Below are positions 1 through 11,260 of a stretch of DNA of 64,000 bases, piece by piece. Position 1 is the first letter of the stretch. Every line of letters starts with the position of its first letter. This DNA is from Callorhinchus milii (taxonomy: Eukaryota): assembly GCF_018977255.1 (NCBI RefSeq), contig NW_024704742.1, positions 4,776,001 through 4,840,000 of the forward strand, in the 5' to 3' direction. A program made the position numbers and the translations under genes. The notes beneath the pieces were generated by a model. That model ran no database searches and was not told the origin of the DNA. It saw nothing but the letters and a program-made list of their open reading frames with translations.

Positions 1-103
1 TCATCATCAGACGGGGAGACGAGGACGTGTAAATTGTTGGCATTCACATCAAAGTAGCTGCGTGCTCAGATCACAACTTCAATCTAACTCAGGAATAAGA
101 TTT

Positions 104-208
104 CACCCTGCAGGGGTAGAAGAATTTCAACATGTATGCAATGTCGTCAAAGCCCTCTTGCATCCTGCAGATGTAGAAGAATTTCAACATGTATGTAATG
201 TCGTCAAG
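104..208. repeat. 57-bp tandem duplication
   Basis: ca(c/t)cctgcag..gtagaagaatttcaacatgtatg(c/t)aatgtcgtcaa starts at 104 and at 161. Confidence 0.9.
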
Positions 209-741
209 ACTCTATGCCCTCTTGAGTTCAAATATTTATTCAAGCACTGGTCACTTTTGTGAAGAAAATAATGACTAAAATAATGACTAACTATGGTAAC
301 ACTTGTTCAATTGTTCAAACGTGCTAAAAGTGGAAAAGCTCAGTTCATTCAAATGCAAGTTTTGTTTCAGTAAAGGTGATCACACAAGAAGAGTTTCCAT
401 TTCCCTTCCCCCAGATTTGATCACATTAATCTTCCCTCCAACAAAAAGAAGTATTGAGGGTCTTTAACTCAAATAATGAAAATCCCAATTCACTGTTATA
501 CGTTGAAGAAAGGAGAACCATCATGTCCCAATTTATCCACATCATTCACATCAATTTAATTTAATTTAATACTGAGAGTGGCTGCTATTCATCAGGGCAT
601 TAGTTGACTCATCAATCACCTTGTAAACTGTGTGAGGCAGCAATAAATGAGGCAGACAGGATGGTACACTAACTTTATTGCTAAATCAGTTGAATTCAAT
701 TCCCATACCCAATTCAGTATGTTATTTTCGAGATGCAAAGT

Positions 742-1938
742 ACCTCATTGAATTCTTTGGAAGGGGTAAACAGAACGAGTAGACAAGGGTAATGCGGTAG
801 ATGTAATATATTTAGATTTCCAAAAGGTATTTGATCAGGTACCACACAATAGATTAATGAATAAGGTCAGAGCATGTGGAGTCAGGGGAAAAATAGCAGA
901 ATGGATAGCAAGCTGCTGCAAAACAGAGAGCACAGGTAAAGGGCGTCTACTCAGACTGGCAGGGGGTGGGCAGTGGTGTTCCACAAGGATCGGTATTGAG
1001 ACCCCTGTTGTTCACAATATACATTATCGATTTGGATTCGAGAATCAGCAGAACAATTTCAAAATTTGTGGATGACACCAAATTGGGGGGAATGGTTAAT
1101 ACAGAGGAGGACTGCAACACATTGCAGCAAGACATGAATACACTTGCTGAAAGGGCATTTAAACGGAAAATACATTTCAATGTAGAAAAGTGTGAGGTGG
1201 TACATTTTGGTAGAAGGAATAAGGAAGTCACATGCATCCTGGAAAATAAAAACCTAAATGTGGTAGAGGAGTAAAAAGGACCTAGGGGTACACAAACACA
1301 ATTCAGTAAAAGTAGCAACGCAGGTTAATAAGGCGATAGAAAAGCAAACCAGGCATTGGGGTTCATTTCTAGAGGGATAGAAATGAAAAGCAGGGAAGTT
1401 ATGGTAAACTTATATAGAAGCTTGGTTAGACCATACTTAGAATATGTGTGGTCTAACCAAGGTTCTATGGAAGTTTAGTGCAAAGGGTGCAAAGGAGATT
1501 CAGAAGGATGATCCCAGAACTGAGAGGTTATACCTATCAGGAAAGGGTAAACACGCTTGGACTCTTTTCTCTTGAAAAGAGGAGGGTAAGGGGTGACCTG
1601 ATAGAGGTCTTTAACATGATGAAAGGTTTTTGATAGGGTAGACATAGGGAAGATGTTTCCACTTGTGGGGGAGACCAAATAGAGAAGTTAGAAGAAATTT
1701 CTTCACACAGAGAGTAGTGGGAATGTGAAAACTGCTACCACAGGGAGTTGTTGAGGCAAATAGCGCAGATGTATTTAAGGAGAACGAGATAGGTACATGA
1801 GGGAGAAAGAAATAGAAGGTTATGCTGATGATCTTAGTTGAGGAAGGACAGGAGGAGGCTCATGTGGAGCATAAACACCGGCATAGACCAGTTGGGCCAA
1901 ATGGCCTGTTTCTGTGCTGTATATTCTAATGTATTCTA
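742..1938 (+). mobile_element. 5'-truncated, decayed CR1-clade LINE (RT and 3' end)
   Basis: Reading frames give DVIYLDFQKVFD, SGVPQGSVL.PLLF.IYI.DLD, ISKFVDDTKLGG, FNVEKCEVVHFG; ends in CR1-type tail gggccaaatggcctgtttctgtgctgtatattctaatgtattcta; frameshifts and stops present. Confidence 0.93.
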
Positions 1939-2029
1939 GTGTAAAGTGTTCTGGTAAGGCTGTACTTGGATTCCTGCATATAGTTCTGGTTACTGTGACA
2001 TAAGGATGAAGTCCAGGGGTAGAGGTAGT

Positions 2030-2400
2030 GAGTAGATCCCCAGTGTTAGAGAAATGAGCTGTGAGCAACGACCCGAAAGGTCAGGCTGTTCAGTCTTCAA
2101 AGTACATGCCTCAGAGAGACCCTATAGAGATGTATAAGATTTTAATTGGGATTGAAAAATAAACCCAGAGCTTTACTTTTGGATTTACCAAGATTGCAAA
2201 ACAAAGAGGATACAGGTATGCAGTTGAAACAGGCAATTTCAGAACAGTCACCAACATCTTTATCTTTATCTGAAGAGTAATTAACGTCGGGCACAGGTTA
2301 CCGAGAAGAGTGGTTGAGGCAAGGAGGCTGGACTTATTTTAAAATAAAATTTAACGCTATGATAGGAGGAAGATACGATAGGTGTGCTGGAAGGATAAGA
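2030..2400 (+). mobile_element. Older CR1-like LINE 3' fragment
   Basis: Degenerate similarity to the 3' part of the neighbouring CR1 (ctgttcagtctt..gagagaccctatagagatgtataagat..agtggttgaggc). Confidence 0.55.
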
Positions 2401-2534
2401 TCATCTCACATCTCAAAATACTGCGCAGGATTTATCTATAAAATGTAGTGACTGTATTTTCTAGGCATAACAATATCCCATCAAAAGCTGTGAAGTGAAT
2501 GACCAATTTTATCTCGGGGACTGTGGGCCAGGAG

Positions 2535-2690
2535 TACAGTGGAAGCCATTTTAGCTGGACTGCAGTTAACCCCTGGACGCCGAGTAAACCGGACAAAACT
2601 CCCGGCCCTGATTAATTTGTGTTCTCGGCTATTTTAAATATGCCGAGTAATTCGGACAATAATCCAGTTATTCCGGACAAAACAGCATGC
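2535..2690 (+). mobile_element. Possible pogo/Tigger-like DNA transposon end
   Basis: TA followed by CAGTGGAA, then repeated subterminal ccggacaa / gccgagtaa motifs; no matching right end found. Confidence 0.35.
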
Positions 2691-3574
2691 TGATCGCCAC
2701 TCGGGCAATTCACTGCTCCAGACTGTCAATCACCTCGGAGCTGCCGTCAATTGGTCCCCTTCCCCTTTCAGCCAAATTAAATAAAAGGCAGACTGATTTG
2801 GGTAGGGGAGGTACTAAGAGCAAGACATTGATTTTAAAAGATCTACCAAGATTCACTAGACTGATGGAACAAGCTTGACGGGCTAAATGGACTTTTCCAG
2901 TTCATGGTTTCTTAAGTCCCTAATTGGTTAAATTGCATCGAGAGGTTGAAATTAGGTTACATTTGCAAAAAAAAAACCAAAGCCATTTTGCTCCGTTGTT
3001 TTTCTTTGCTCTTTATCAGCAGTTGGATGCTGTGCAATGCTCCAAGACTCTATCCTTCGTGAAGGGCGGTATATAAAATGCAAGTTGCTGTTGTTGTTGT
3101 TGGGATTAACAATCGAACGTCTTGTGAATCTCGCAATTTGCTGTTTGTGGGACACAATTTGATTCACGAATATCGCAAACTAGATCACAATAAATGCATA
3201 AACCAAATCAAGTTTGTAGCGAATTTTTTAAGACGAGAAGCCAGAATTAAAGAATTAATTGATCAGATAATTAATTTGTGTCAGTTAGAGTTTCTTTTTA
3301 ATGGATTTCTTTACTTTTTAAAGCCGGTTCGATATTGAAATAAGAATACACTGCAGAATTTACTCTCTGCCAGCAGATGTTGCTATTGGACGTAGAAAAT
3401 GGTCCACTGGGGAATATTTTCCAGTTGTATAGATCTAACAGTAATGATGTTATAATAATCCTTGCATTTGGTACTACGCCTTTCATGTCAGGAGGATGTC
3501 CCAAAGTGCTTCACAGGATTTATTGTGAAGTGGAATGACTGTATATTTGTAGGCAAATGCAATAATTTTGGGGG

Positions 3575-3985
3575 GTCAGCCAAGCGTCTGACACATACGG
3601 AAACTCATCACCGTGCTTAAGAGTATCCAGACTAATCTTAAATTTCCATGCGTCCCACCTACACGTGGAAATCCCACCTACACAGGGAATGGAATGCACA
3701 ATCTCTCCCTGGAGGGACACATCCTGTTTACCTAATTCCGGAAAGGATTAGGCGCAGGTTGGCAAGATCCAAGGCTTGGGGACCTCAGAGTGTGCGTTGG
3801 GGTAACTGCTGGAGTCTAACCAGCTAAAACCACACAGCTTGCCATTGATATTGCTATCCGGCAAGCTTTCCCGCTGCTTGTCCAGCTAGGACCACCCTAT
3901 CCGTTAGGGCTTTGGCTTGCAGGGTTAACGGGAGCTGAGTAGGATGACTCCCTGCCCCCAGTGACTGGTCTGCCCTTCCAGGTCC
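3575..3985 (+). repeat. Unclassified interspersed repeat, copy 1
   Basis: Matches 8561-8750 directly and 57640-58015, 39180-39462 and 19840-19926 in reverse complement. Orientation is arbitrary. Confidence 0.85.
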
Positions 3986-4284
3986 TCCTTCTATGTCCAC
4001 CTGAACAGGCAGACAGGACCTTGATTTAATGTCTCATTTGAAGGACAGGATCTCTGACAATGCAACCCCCACTCTCTGTCCCTAGGATTGCAAAGGAATG
4101 TCATCTTAGACTATATGAGTTCAAGCCCTGATGTGGGACTTTTTCCCGGTGACTGAGCTAACAATTAATCACTTACTTCCTGGCTATTTATAGGGTATTA
4201 CTGTGTACTAACTGGCTGTCATATTTGTCTACAAAATGCACAGTCACTAAACTTTTCAGTTAATCTTGTGAAGTGGTTTGATAT

Positions 4285-4615
4285 CATAATAATCCTCGTA
4301 TTTGACATGGCCCTTTTCACATCGTCCAGACGTCTTAGAATGCTTATTGGAAAGTGGGCTGACTGTGTACTTTTTAGACAAAACACGGCAGCCAGTTTGT
4401 GTCCAGCAATGTCCCACTGACAGCCACGGAGTGAGTGACATCCAACTGAACAGGCGGACATCTCAGTTTAACATCTCACCTGACGGACAGCACCTCTGAC
4501 AACCCCCAGCACTACATTGGAGTGTCAGCTCAGACAATGTGATTCCAAATCCCGAGGTGGGGCTTGAACCCACAACCTTCTGACTCAGAGGTGAGAGTGC
4601 TACCCACCACTGAGG
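4285..4615 (-). mobile_element. Older DeuSINE-like SINE
   Basis: ctgaacaggcggac..gtttaacatctca..gacggacagcacctctgaca..gtgtcagc..ggggcttgaacccacaaccttctgactcagaggtgagagtgctacc resembles the Deu-domain SINEs known from sharks (recalled similarity). Confidence 0.75.
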
Positions 4616-4977
4616 CCAGACTTAGATGCATGTTTTGACTACATAAGGCACTGGATTGTTAGAATTTTAACTCCCAAATTGGGTTAGATTAACATTAGCG
4701 AGGAAAAAAAATTCAAGTTTAAAAGTGTGAAAGTAGGTTACACTTGGGAGAGAAGAAACTATAAAGGAGACATAAGTGCAAAAGGGTGTTCAAAACCCAA
4801 ATGTTTTAATTTTGTAATATTTAAAGATTAATATTCCATTAACAAAACATTCTAACTCTCAGCCACCCCCCCACACCCCCCCCCCACCCCACCGCCTCCA
4901 CACCCCCAACATTGAACGATTACAGATCGATGTGACTGACTTTGATTTGATAGCAAGGGGGCAGCGTATTGCATTGT

Positions 4978-5100
4978 GGAGCCCTGTAGCTCAGAGGTTA
5001 GAGCACTCGCCTCGCAAGCGAGAGACCTGGGATCAATTCCTGGGCAGGGCGAAATGTTGAGCAAGTTTCCTTGCTCCACACCCTTATTATTCGGATTATT
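4978..5100 (+). mobile_element. tRNA-derived SINE, head-only copy
   Basis: gccctgtagctcagaggttagagc...gggatcaattcc (A and B boxes) followed by gcaagtttccttgctccacac. Confidence 0.85.
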
Positions 5101-6194
5101 ACTATTAATGCATTGTACCACACGGCGGTAGGTTTCAAGATCGTAACTAATTCTGCGCACAACACATTTTCAGCCTTGATGACAACATCAGGACCAGAGA
5201 CAATCGGAGGCATTGTCCTCTGGGGGGAGGACAAACATCAAAGAACACGCATCCCGGGCAGCTGGCACTTCTCTCCTGAATCACTGGCTACACACTGGCT
5301 GCATTGTGGTTGGCTGGGAATTGGGCATCCAACACCCTTTCAGTCAAGGAGTAGTGCGAGAACAACAATTTTCATTTACATAGCCCCCTTCACGCCGGAC
5401 AGCATCTCGGAGCGCTTAAAGAGAAACAGAGGAAGCCCGTGGAGGTGAGAAGGCCACTCTATATTGCTTAGAAGCTAAGGAAAATCTTTGGAAGCAACCT
5501 TGTAAACCGAATTAAAATTCCTGTTTAAATCAGATGCTCTTATGAGCTGAAAGTGCTCTTGAGACGCTACTCACTTGAAGGGCGCTATATAAATGCAAGT
5601 TGTTGTTTGACATTCTACCTCGACTTCAAATTTATGTTTGTTTAGAAGAGCATTCAATTATTAATAATAGTAATAATCCTTATATTTGGTACAGCACCTT
5701 TCATGTCTGGAAGACATCCCAAAGTGCATCACAGGATATCTAATTCTTTGAGACGTCCTCCCAATGTGAAAGGCGCAAAGTAAATGTAAACTTGCGTTTT
5801 ATATCACATTCCCTTTCTTTTCTAATCAATTATATTTTGCAAAGTGCTTTGGAGACATTTATTTTACAGAAATGCAAATTATTGTTGCCACTATTATTAT
5901 CTGGAAGCTGGATTTCTGCAGTTTATAAACTTTAAGACAAAATGGTCTTACAGTCATGGAATTGTGAGCCTCGGGTTCTTATTTTCTGTTTATTTTCCTT
6001 TTGGCTAAAATCATGGATTTCCTATTATAAATAATTAACAAAAGCAAATGTAGTCATGAACTCCACTGACTCATCAGAACAGCAGTGCACTTTTAAGAAG
6101 CACAGTACTAGTTGTTATCTTTAACAATAAATCAATCAATAAAATCAGTCTTTCCTCCTTACTCCTCAATTTGCTGTGACTGGAATTATGTTCC

Positions 6195-6510
6195 TAGCAG
6201 GTCTGAACTCCTCAAACTCCCCGGCCTCTGTCTCAGACTCACCGAACCCATGCGTTACTTAGGCATCAGTTTCGAGCCCCGGCTTTCCTTTCTACGCTCA
6301 CATCCGTTCCCGGACCAGGACCACTCTTTCCCATTGCCGTCACGTTGCCCGTCTCCGTCCGTACCTCACAACAAAAGCGGCCAAAACCCTCGTCCACGCC
6401 TTCGTCACTTCCTGGCTGGACTATCCCAATGCCCTCCTAGCTCCAGCGTACACAAAACCAGTTAATTCAAAACTCCGACACCTGAATACTCACCCGCACA
6501 AAAGGCACTA
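6195..6510 (+). mobile_element. L2 LINE fragment (older subfamily, post-RT region)
   Basis: Shares tctgaactcctcaa.ctccc.gg..t...ctcagactc block with 7505-7560; gtccacgccttcgtcacttcc..ctggacta is typical of L2 ORF2 C-terminus. Confidence 0.75.
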
Positions 6511-7304
6511 TATAAATGTAGATTGTATTGTGCTTTGTAGGTGTCATTCTTTTCCCTGTGCACCGGTGTATGTTTCTATATCAGACAGACTTCTTAAAGG
6601 GCCACAGCTGTGTTTTTTGTTTGGAAGAAGGGAAGAACTGAGCTCCATTTTCAACACAATAGCATTGCGTACCCAGGATGTATTTATAAGATTTATCATA
6701 ACATTATGTGCTTGTGGAAGAAATGCCCACTACTATATTTAATAAGCCTTCATGAAGCCTTATGAAGGTTGCGTAGAGTAGAGTAGGGGCAGAGTAATCG
6801 GCAAACAGTGGTGAACAGGTTCACGTGACAGGTCGTAGAAGTAATCACAACCTAATACCGACAAAGAATACATTTGAAGGAAGAAAATACTTTAAAGTTT
6901 AAATTAAATCCCAAACTGTTCTCCGCAACATCAAAGTCTTTTAGTAAATCTGCTGGCTGTTCATGCCCAGACACAGCAAGCTGCTTAAATTCTTTCCTCG
7001 ATATCCAACAGCTTTGGGCAAGGGGGAAAGTCAAGGGGATGTTTTGTGCATTATGCACTGTCCTAAGATACCAGTGATTGAAGCATATAAATGGCACAGT
7101 TTACCCAAGATCACAAGATTGGTCTGGATGAAGAAGGCCCTTCAGCCCATCCAATCTAGAACACCCACTCTTCTGTTTCTCCCGCCCCTCGCCCCCCGCC
7201 CCCCGCTTCAAGCTGCTTTTTAAATGCTTTAAAGTATTGATCTGGGTTACGTTTTCAATCCCACTGCAAAAAAAATGACACCTCTATGGAGTCCTCAACT
7301 ACAT

Positions 7305-7865
7305 GCTCCTCTTGGTGAACTTCCACATGTATGCGGATGACACACAAGTCTACTTTGGCTCCTCCAGCTGCGACTCAGGATCAGCTGATGTATCAGCTTG
7401 TCTGGCAGTCATCAAGGCCTGCATGAGTGCAAACTTCCTGCAGCTGAATGTTGGCCAGACTGAAGCCATCCATGCTCCTTGGCTCCCATCAACGTCTCCT
7501 CTCCTGCAGATCTGAACTCCTCAACCTCCCTGGGCTTTCCCTCAGACTCGCTGAGCCAGTCCGGTATCTAGACGTCTGGTTCAAACCCCAGCTGTCCTTC
7601 CTCCCCCACATCCAGTTCGTGGACTGGACCAAAGTCCATATTTACATCTCACCAGTTCTGGCCAGGTTCCATTGGCTTCCCATCACCGAACAGATCGACT
7701 TCAAGATCCTCTCACACTCTCGCGTTCAAATCGCTTTACTCCCTGGCACCTCCCTCCCTCTCCGACCTCCTCACTCCCCAATTCACCACGAGGCGCCCCC
7801 ACTCGACTGGCACCGGCCTCCTGCTCGTCCCTCGCGCCCTCCGCTCCACCATCGGAGGTTGCACG
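7305..7865 (+). mobile_element. L2 LINE fragment (RT C-terminal part)
   Basis: FHMYADDTQVY...MSANFLQLNVGQTEAI and LHWLP-like RFHWLPITEQIDFKIL; abuts a SINE at 7871. Confidence 0.88.
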
Positions 7866-7870
7866 TTCGT

Positions 7871-8222
7871 GGAGTCCTGTAGCTCCTGTAGTGGTTAGAG
7901 CGCTCACCTCCCAAGCGAGAGACCTGGGTTCGATTCCCGGCCAGGGCGAAACTTTGCGCAAGTTTCCTTACTCCGCACGCCTGATAATAATCCCTCAAGA
8001 AATAAAAAAAATAATAATTTGGTCACTCAACCCACGACTGTCTATGGGACGCTACTGTGCGCAACTGGCTGCCGCGTTTCGCCCATAAAAATACATTCAA
8101 TTCACTTTACAGTCTATTCTGTGAAGCGCTTTGAGACGTCTATACAAATGTAATTTTGTTGTCGTCGTCTAGAAGGTGTGAAAAGTGCTACATCAAATGC
8201 AAGGATTATTATTATTATTATA
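7871..8222 (+). mobile_element. tRNA-derived SINE, short subfamily, full length
   Basis: A/B-box head, body ctgtgcgcaactggctgccgcgtttcgccc, L2-like tail and (ATT)n. Confidence 0.9.
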
Positions 8223-8560
8223 TTAATATGTCATGTTTAACACTGCACATCAGGATGACATGCTTCAGTGCCAGTAACTTATCAGTCTTTTTGATCAGTC
8301 TTTACTCCAGGCCTAGTTAAACTAGTTTTATTCCAATAAATGCTTCCTGCAGAGTGTGTTCTTTGTTGCTGATACCACAGAAGTTATACAAAAGCCAAGG
8401 ATTACAGCTGGGATCAGCTGCACCAAGCACACTGCCAGCTGCTAGGCTCAACTCTCAATTCCGCCCCAGAGGGAAGGTGAAATCATCGTGTTTGCAGCAC
8501 ACAGGGACGCAATTGGGTCCAAACTATTTTATTCCAAATAAAGGAATGAGGAGCCAACTC

Positions 8561-8750
8561 CCCAGAGTGTGCGTTGGGGTAACTGCTGGAGTCTAACCAA
8601 CTAAAAGCACATAGCTTGCCATTGATATTGCTGTCCGGCAAGCTTTCCCGCTGCTTGTCCAACTAGCCTAGCCATTAGGGCTTTGGCTTGCAGGGATAAC
8701 AGGAGCTGAGTGGGATGATTCTCTGCCCCCAGTGACTGGTCTGCCCTTCC
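8561..8750 (+). repeat. Unclassified interspersed repeat, copy 2
   Basis: cagagtgtgcgttggggtaactgctggagtctaacca...cccccagtgactggtctgcccttcc is nearly identical to 3786-3979. Confidence 0.88.
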
Positions 8751-10644
8751 GGGTCTGGCCAATGAGCCAGGCTGGGCTGTGCTCCCATCAGCAGTCCAGA
8801 CTTGCTTGGCTCAGGGTGCGAGACCGCCACAGCGGGTGGGCTCAATTCTGACATTCTGTTGCTCCACCTTGGAGCCAGTTGCTTACGTCCCCCAACCTTA
8901 CCCCCGCCAGGAGAATAACAATCGAAACTTCACGACAACCAGCAAACATTACATGAGCAACCTTTTCGAGACTTTGCGGAGGATCCACTGCTGTCAGTAA
9001 AGTCTTGCGGTTTTAAACTTGTTGGAAGAGAAAGGATTGTTGAGGGAAACCTGATCATGTCTAAACTGGCTGTCGGTTACAAGGCTAAGGTTTTTGTACA
9101 GCTCTGTGTAGACACTTAGACTGGTGATTACACCTAAACACACCACAAACAGACAGGTAGAGAAAGCAATGATACACAGAGATACGCAACGTATGAAAGT
9201 AAGAAATCCAACACCAAAGAATCAAAGGAGACTTGGGTTGGGGGGGAAACAATAGAATACATGGAACAGTTTGGATTGACTTGAGATGATTTATTAGTAA
9301 CAATGACTACACTAAGTGTTCTCTGCGGAACGGGGATTTCCAGCTCGTGATTATTTATGAGAGACTGCCATCAAATTTCAGTGCAAGCAGCCACACGCTC
9401 CGTCTTCATCTGTAAGCTGCTTTGAATACCACAGATTCACCCTGAAATGCTTCACTATCAAAAAGAATTTTCCTACATTAGCAGCGGCTGACTGCCTACC
9501 TGAAAGGGCTTGGCGTTGTCAGCTAAAATGGGGCGCGGAAGAAAAAAAACTCTGAGCGCTTTGTCGGGGCTTAAGTAGAGGTTCTGAGCTGGGCTGCACG
9601 GGTGATAAGTGCCAACAGGGTGGGGGACTTGAAAAATTTCCGGGTTTCCCATATAGCCAGTGCACCTCTGTACATTAGTCACTGGTTTGAAATGTACATT
9701 AGAAGAACAGTTAACACATTCCTTTTGTAAATGAAGTGCCAGCAACCGCCTCCCCTGGGAATGCTGCTACTGGTTGTGGCTTCTAAATGCTATTGCAACT
9801 TCTTGATAGCAATTTCATGGTGCAAGTGGACGTGAATTTTAGATAAATGGCAAAATGTAGGAGAACTGGCGCTATCAAGTACCCTTTTCTGCCTTTGATT
9901 TGGATAAATTATCAGGGTGGTCCAACCCTTTGGCTGCTGAGGGCTGTTTGAGAAATGCCCACTGCAATATTTTTGTGTTTCCCTTCCAGAAACCTAACAT
10001 AAGTTAGGGTTACGGGTTATGGAGGGAGCAGGTGGGCCTGATGAAATGGAGGGGGAGAGGGCAGGGGGGGATAAGATCGACCTTAAACTATTGATTAAAA
10101 ATATGATGTTGTGCGAGCGTTGCTTCTGTTGAAGGAATCACTCAAACCGTGTAACTTTATTAATAACAATCATTTGTATTTGATACGGTGCCTTTCACGT
10201 CAGGAGGATGTCTCAAGCTGCCTTACATGATGTGTTGTAAAGTGCAGTCATTGTGTGTTTTCTAGGTGACATAGCAACCAACTTGCACACAAGACAGACA
10301 TGAAGTGACTAAGAAGAGATTATGATTTCTCCAGAAAGGGACTGTTGGCCCACACCAAGAGAAAAACTCCCTTTTTTTTTTCGAACGGTGCCATGGGATC
10401 TTTAACACCCACCTGAACAGGTAGGTGGGGCATGGGCTTAACATCTCATCCGATGGACAACACCTCTGACTTTATAGAAAGGCTGCTGAATATCAATTAG
10501 GCACGAAGCAGGAGTTGTTTCACACTTACCCACACTTTTCCCCATTTCGCCCACGAAATATACAGTCAATTCACTTTACAGTGTATCCTGTGAAGCGCTT
10601 TGAGACGTCTCGAAGACGTGATAAGACGCTGTATAATCCTAATA

Positions 10645-10954
10645 TAATAATAATCCTTGCATTTGATGTAGCGCTTTTCACGTCTTCGAGACGTCTCAAA
10701 GCGCTTCACAGAATACACTGTAAAGTGAATCGACTGTATATTTGTGGACGAAACGCGGCAGCCAATTGCGCACAGCAGCGTCCCACGAACAGTCGTGGAT
10801 TGAAGTGACCAACTTATTATTGTTTGTTTTCTTGAGGTATTATTATCGGGCGTGTGGAGTAAGGAAACTTGCCCAAGGTTTCGTCCTGCCGGGAATCATA
10901 CCCAGGTCTCTCGCTTGCCAGGTGAGTGCTCTAACCACTGACCTACAGGACTCC
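10645..10954 (-). mobile_element. tRNA-derived SINE, short subfamily, full length
   Basis: Reverse complement of the 31462-31775 copy, from (AAT)n tail to ctacaggactcc head. Confidence 0.9.
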
Positions 10955-11260
10955 TGTAATTATTTTATTGCACTGGTGCCACATCTGATTGCACGCCTCA
11001 TTGGGGTGGTGCTCATTTCACGGCACTAGCATTTGCGTTCACTTCCTTCGGGCTTCCCACCTACTTGGGGTCGCCTTGGCCTTGCCTCCAACATCAACAT
11101 CCACAAGAGGACAGTACTCGTGAGGGACCTGATGAGGTCAGACTGAGTCTCGTGTCAGTGGCCAAGGGAAGTGGGGGCTTCGCTTGATATTTCCAAGAGA
11201 GGTTTTGTTTCTATTGGATCTAAGCTCTTACAAAATAGGCTGTGGGGGGGTTCCATAATT

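Noticed and set aside
1..30. CTGATGA on the minus strand at the window edge, possible hammerhead core
   Set aside because: The rest of the motif would lie outside the window; cannot be evaluated.
62..262. 66-aa ORF with an internal repeat
   Set aside because: Explained by the 57-bp tandem duplication; no ATG start, splice or homology support.
6852..7097. Minus-strand ORF with protein-like composition (KEFKQLAVSGHEQPADLLKDFDVAENSLG)
   Set aside because: No recognisable family and no convincing splice sites or partner exons.
11125..11172. Possible hammerhead ribozyme (CTGATGA followed by ggtca...tggcc stem)
   Set aside because: The required GAAA does not follow the stem and no stem III could be built.
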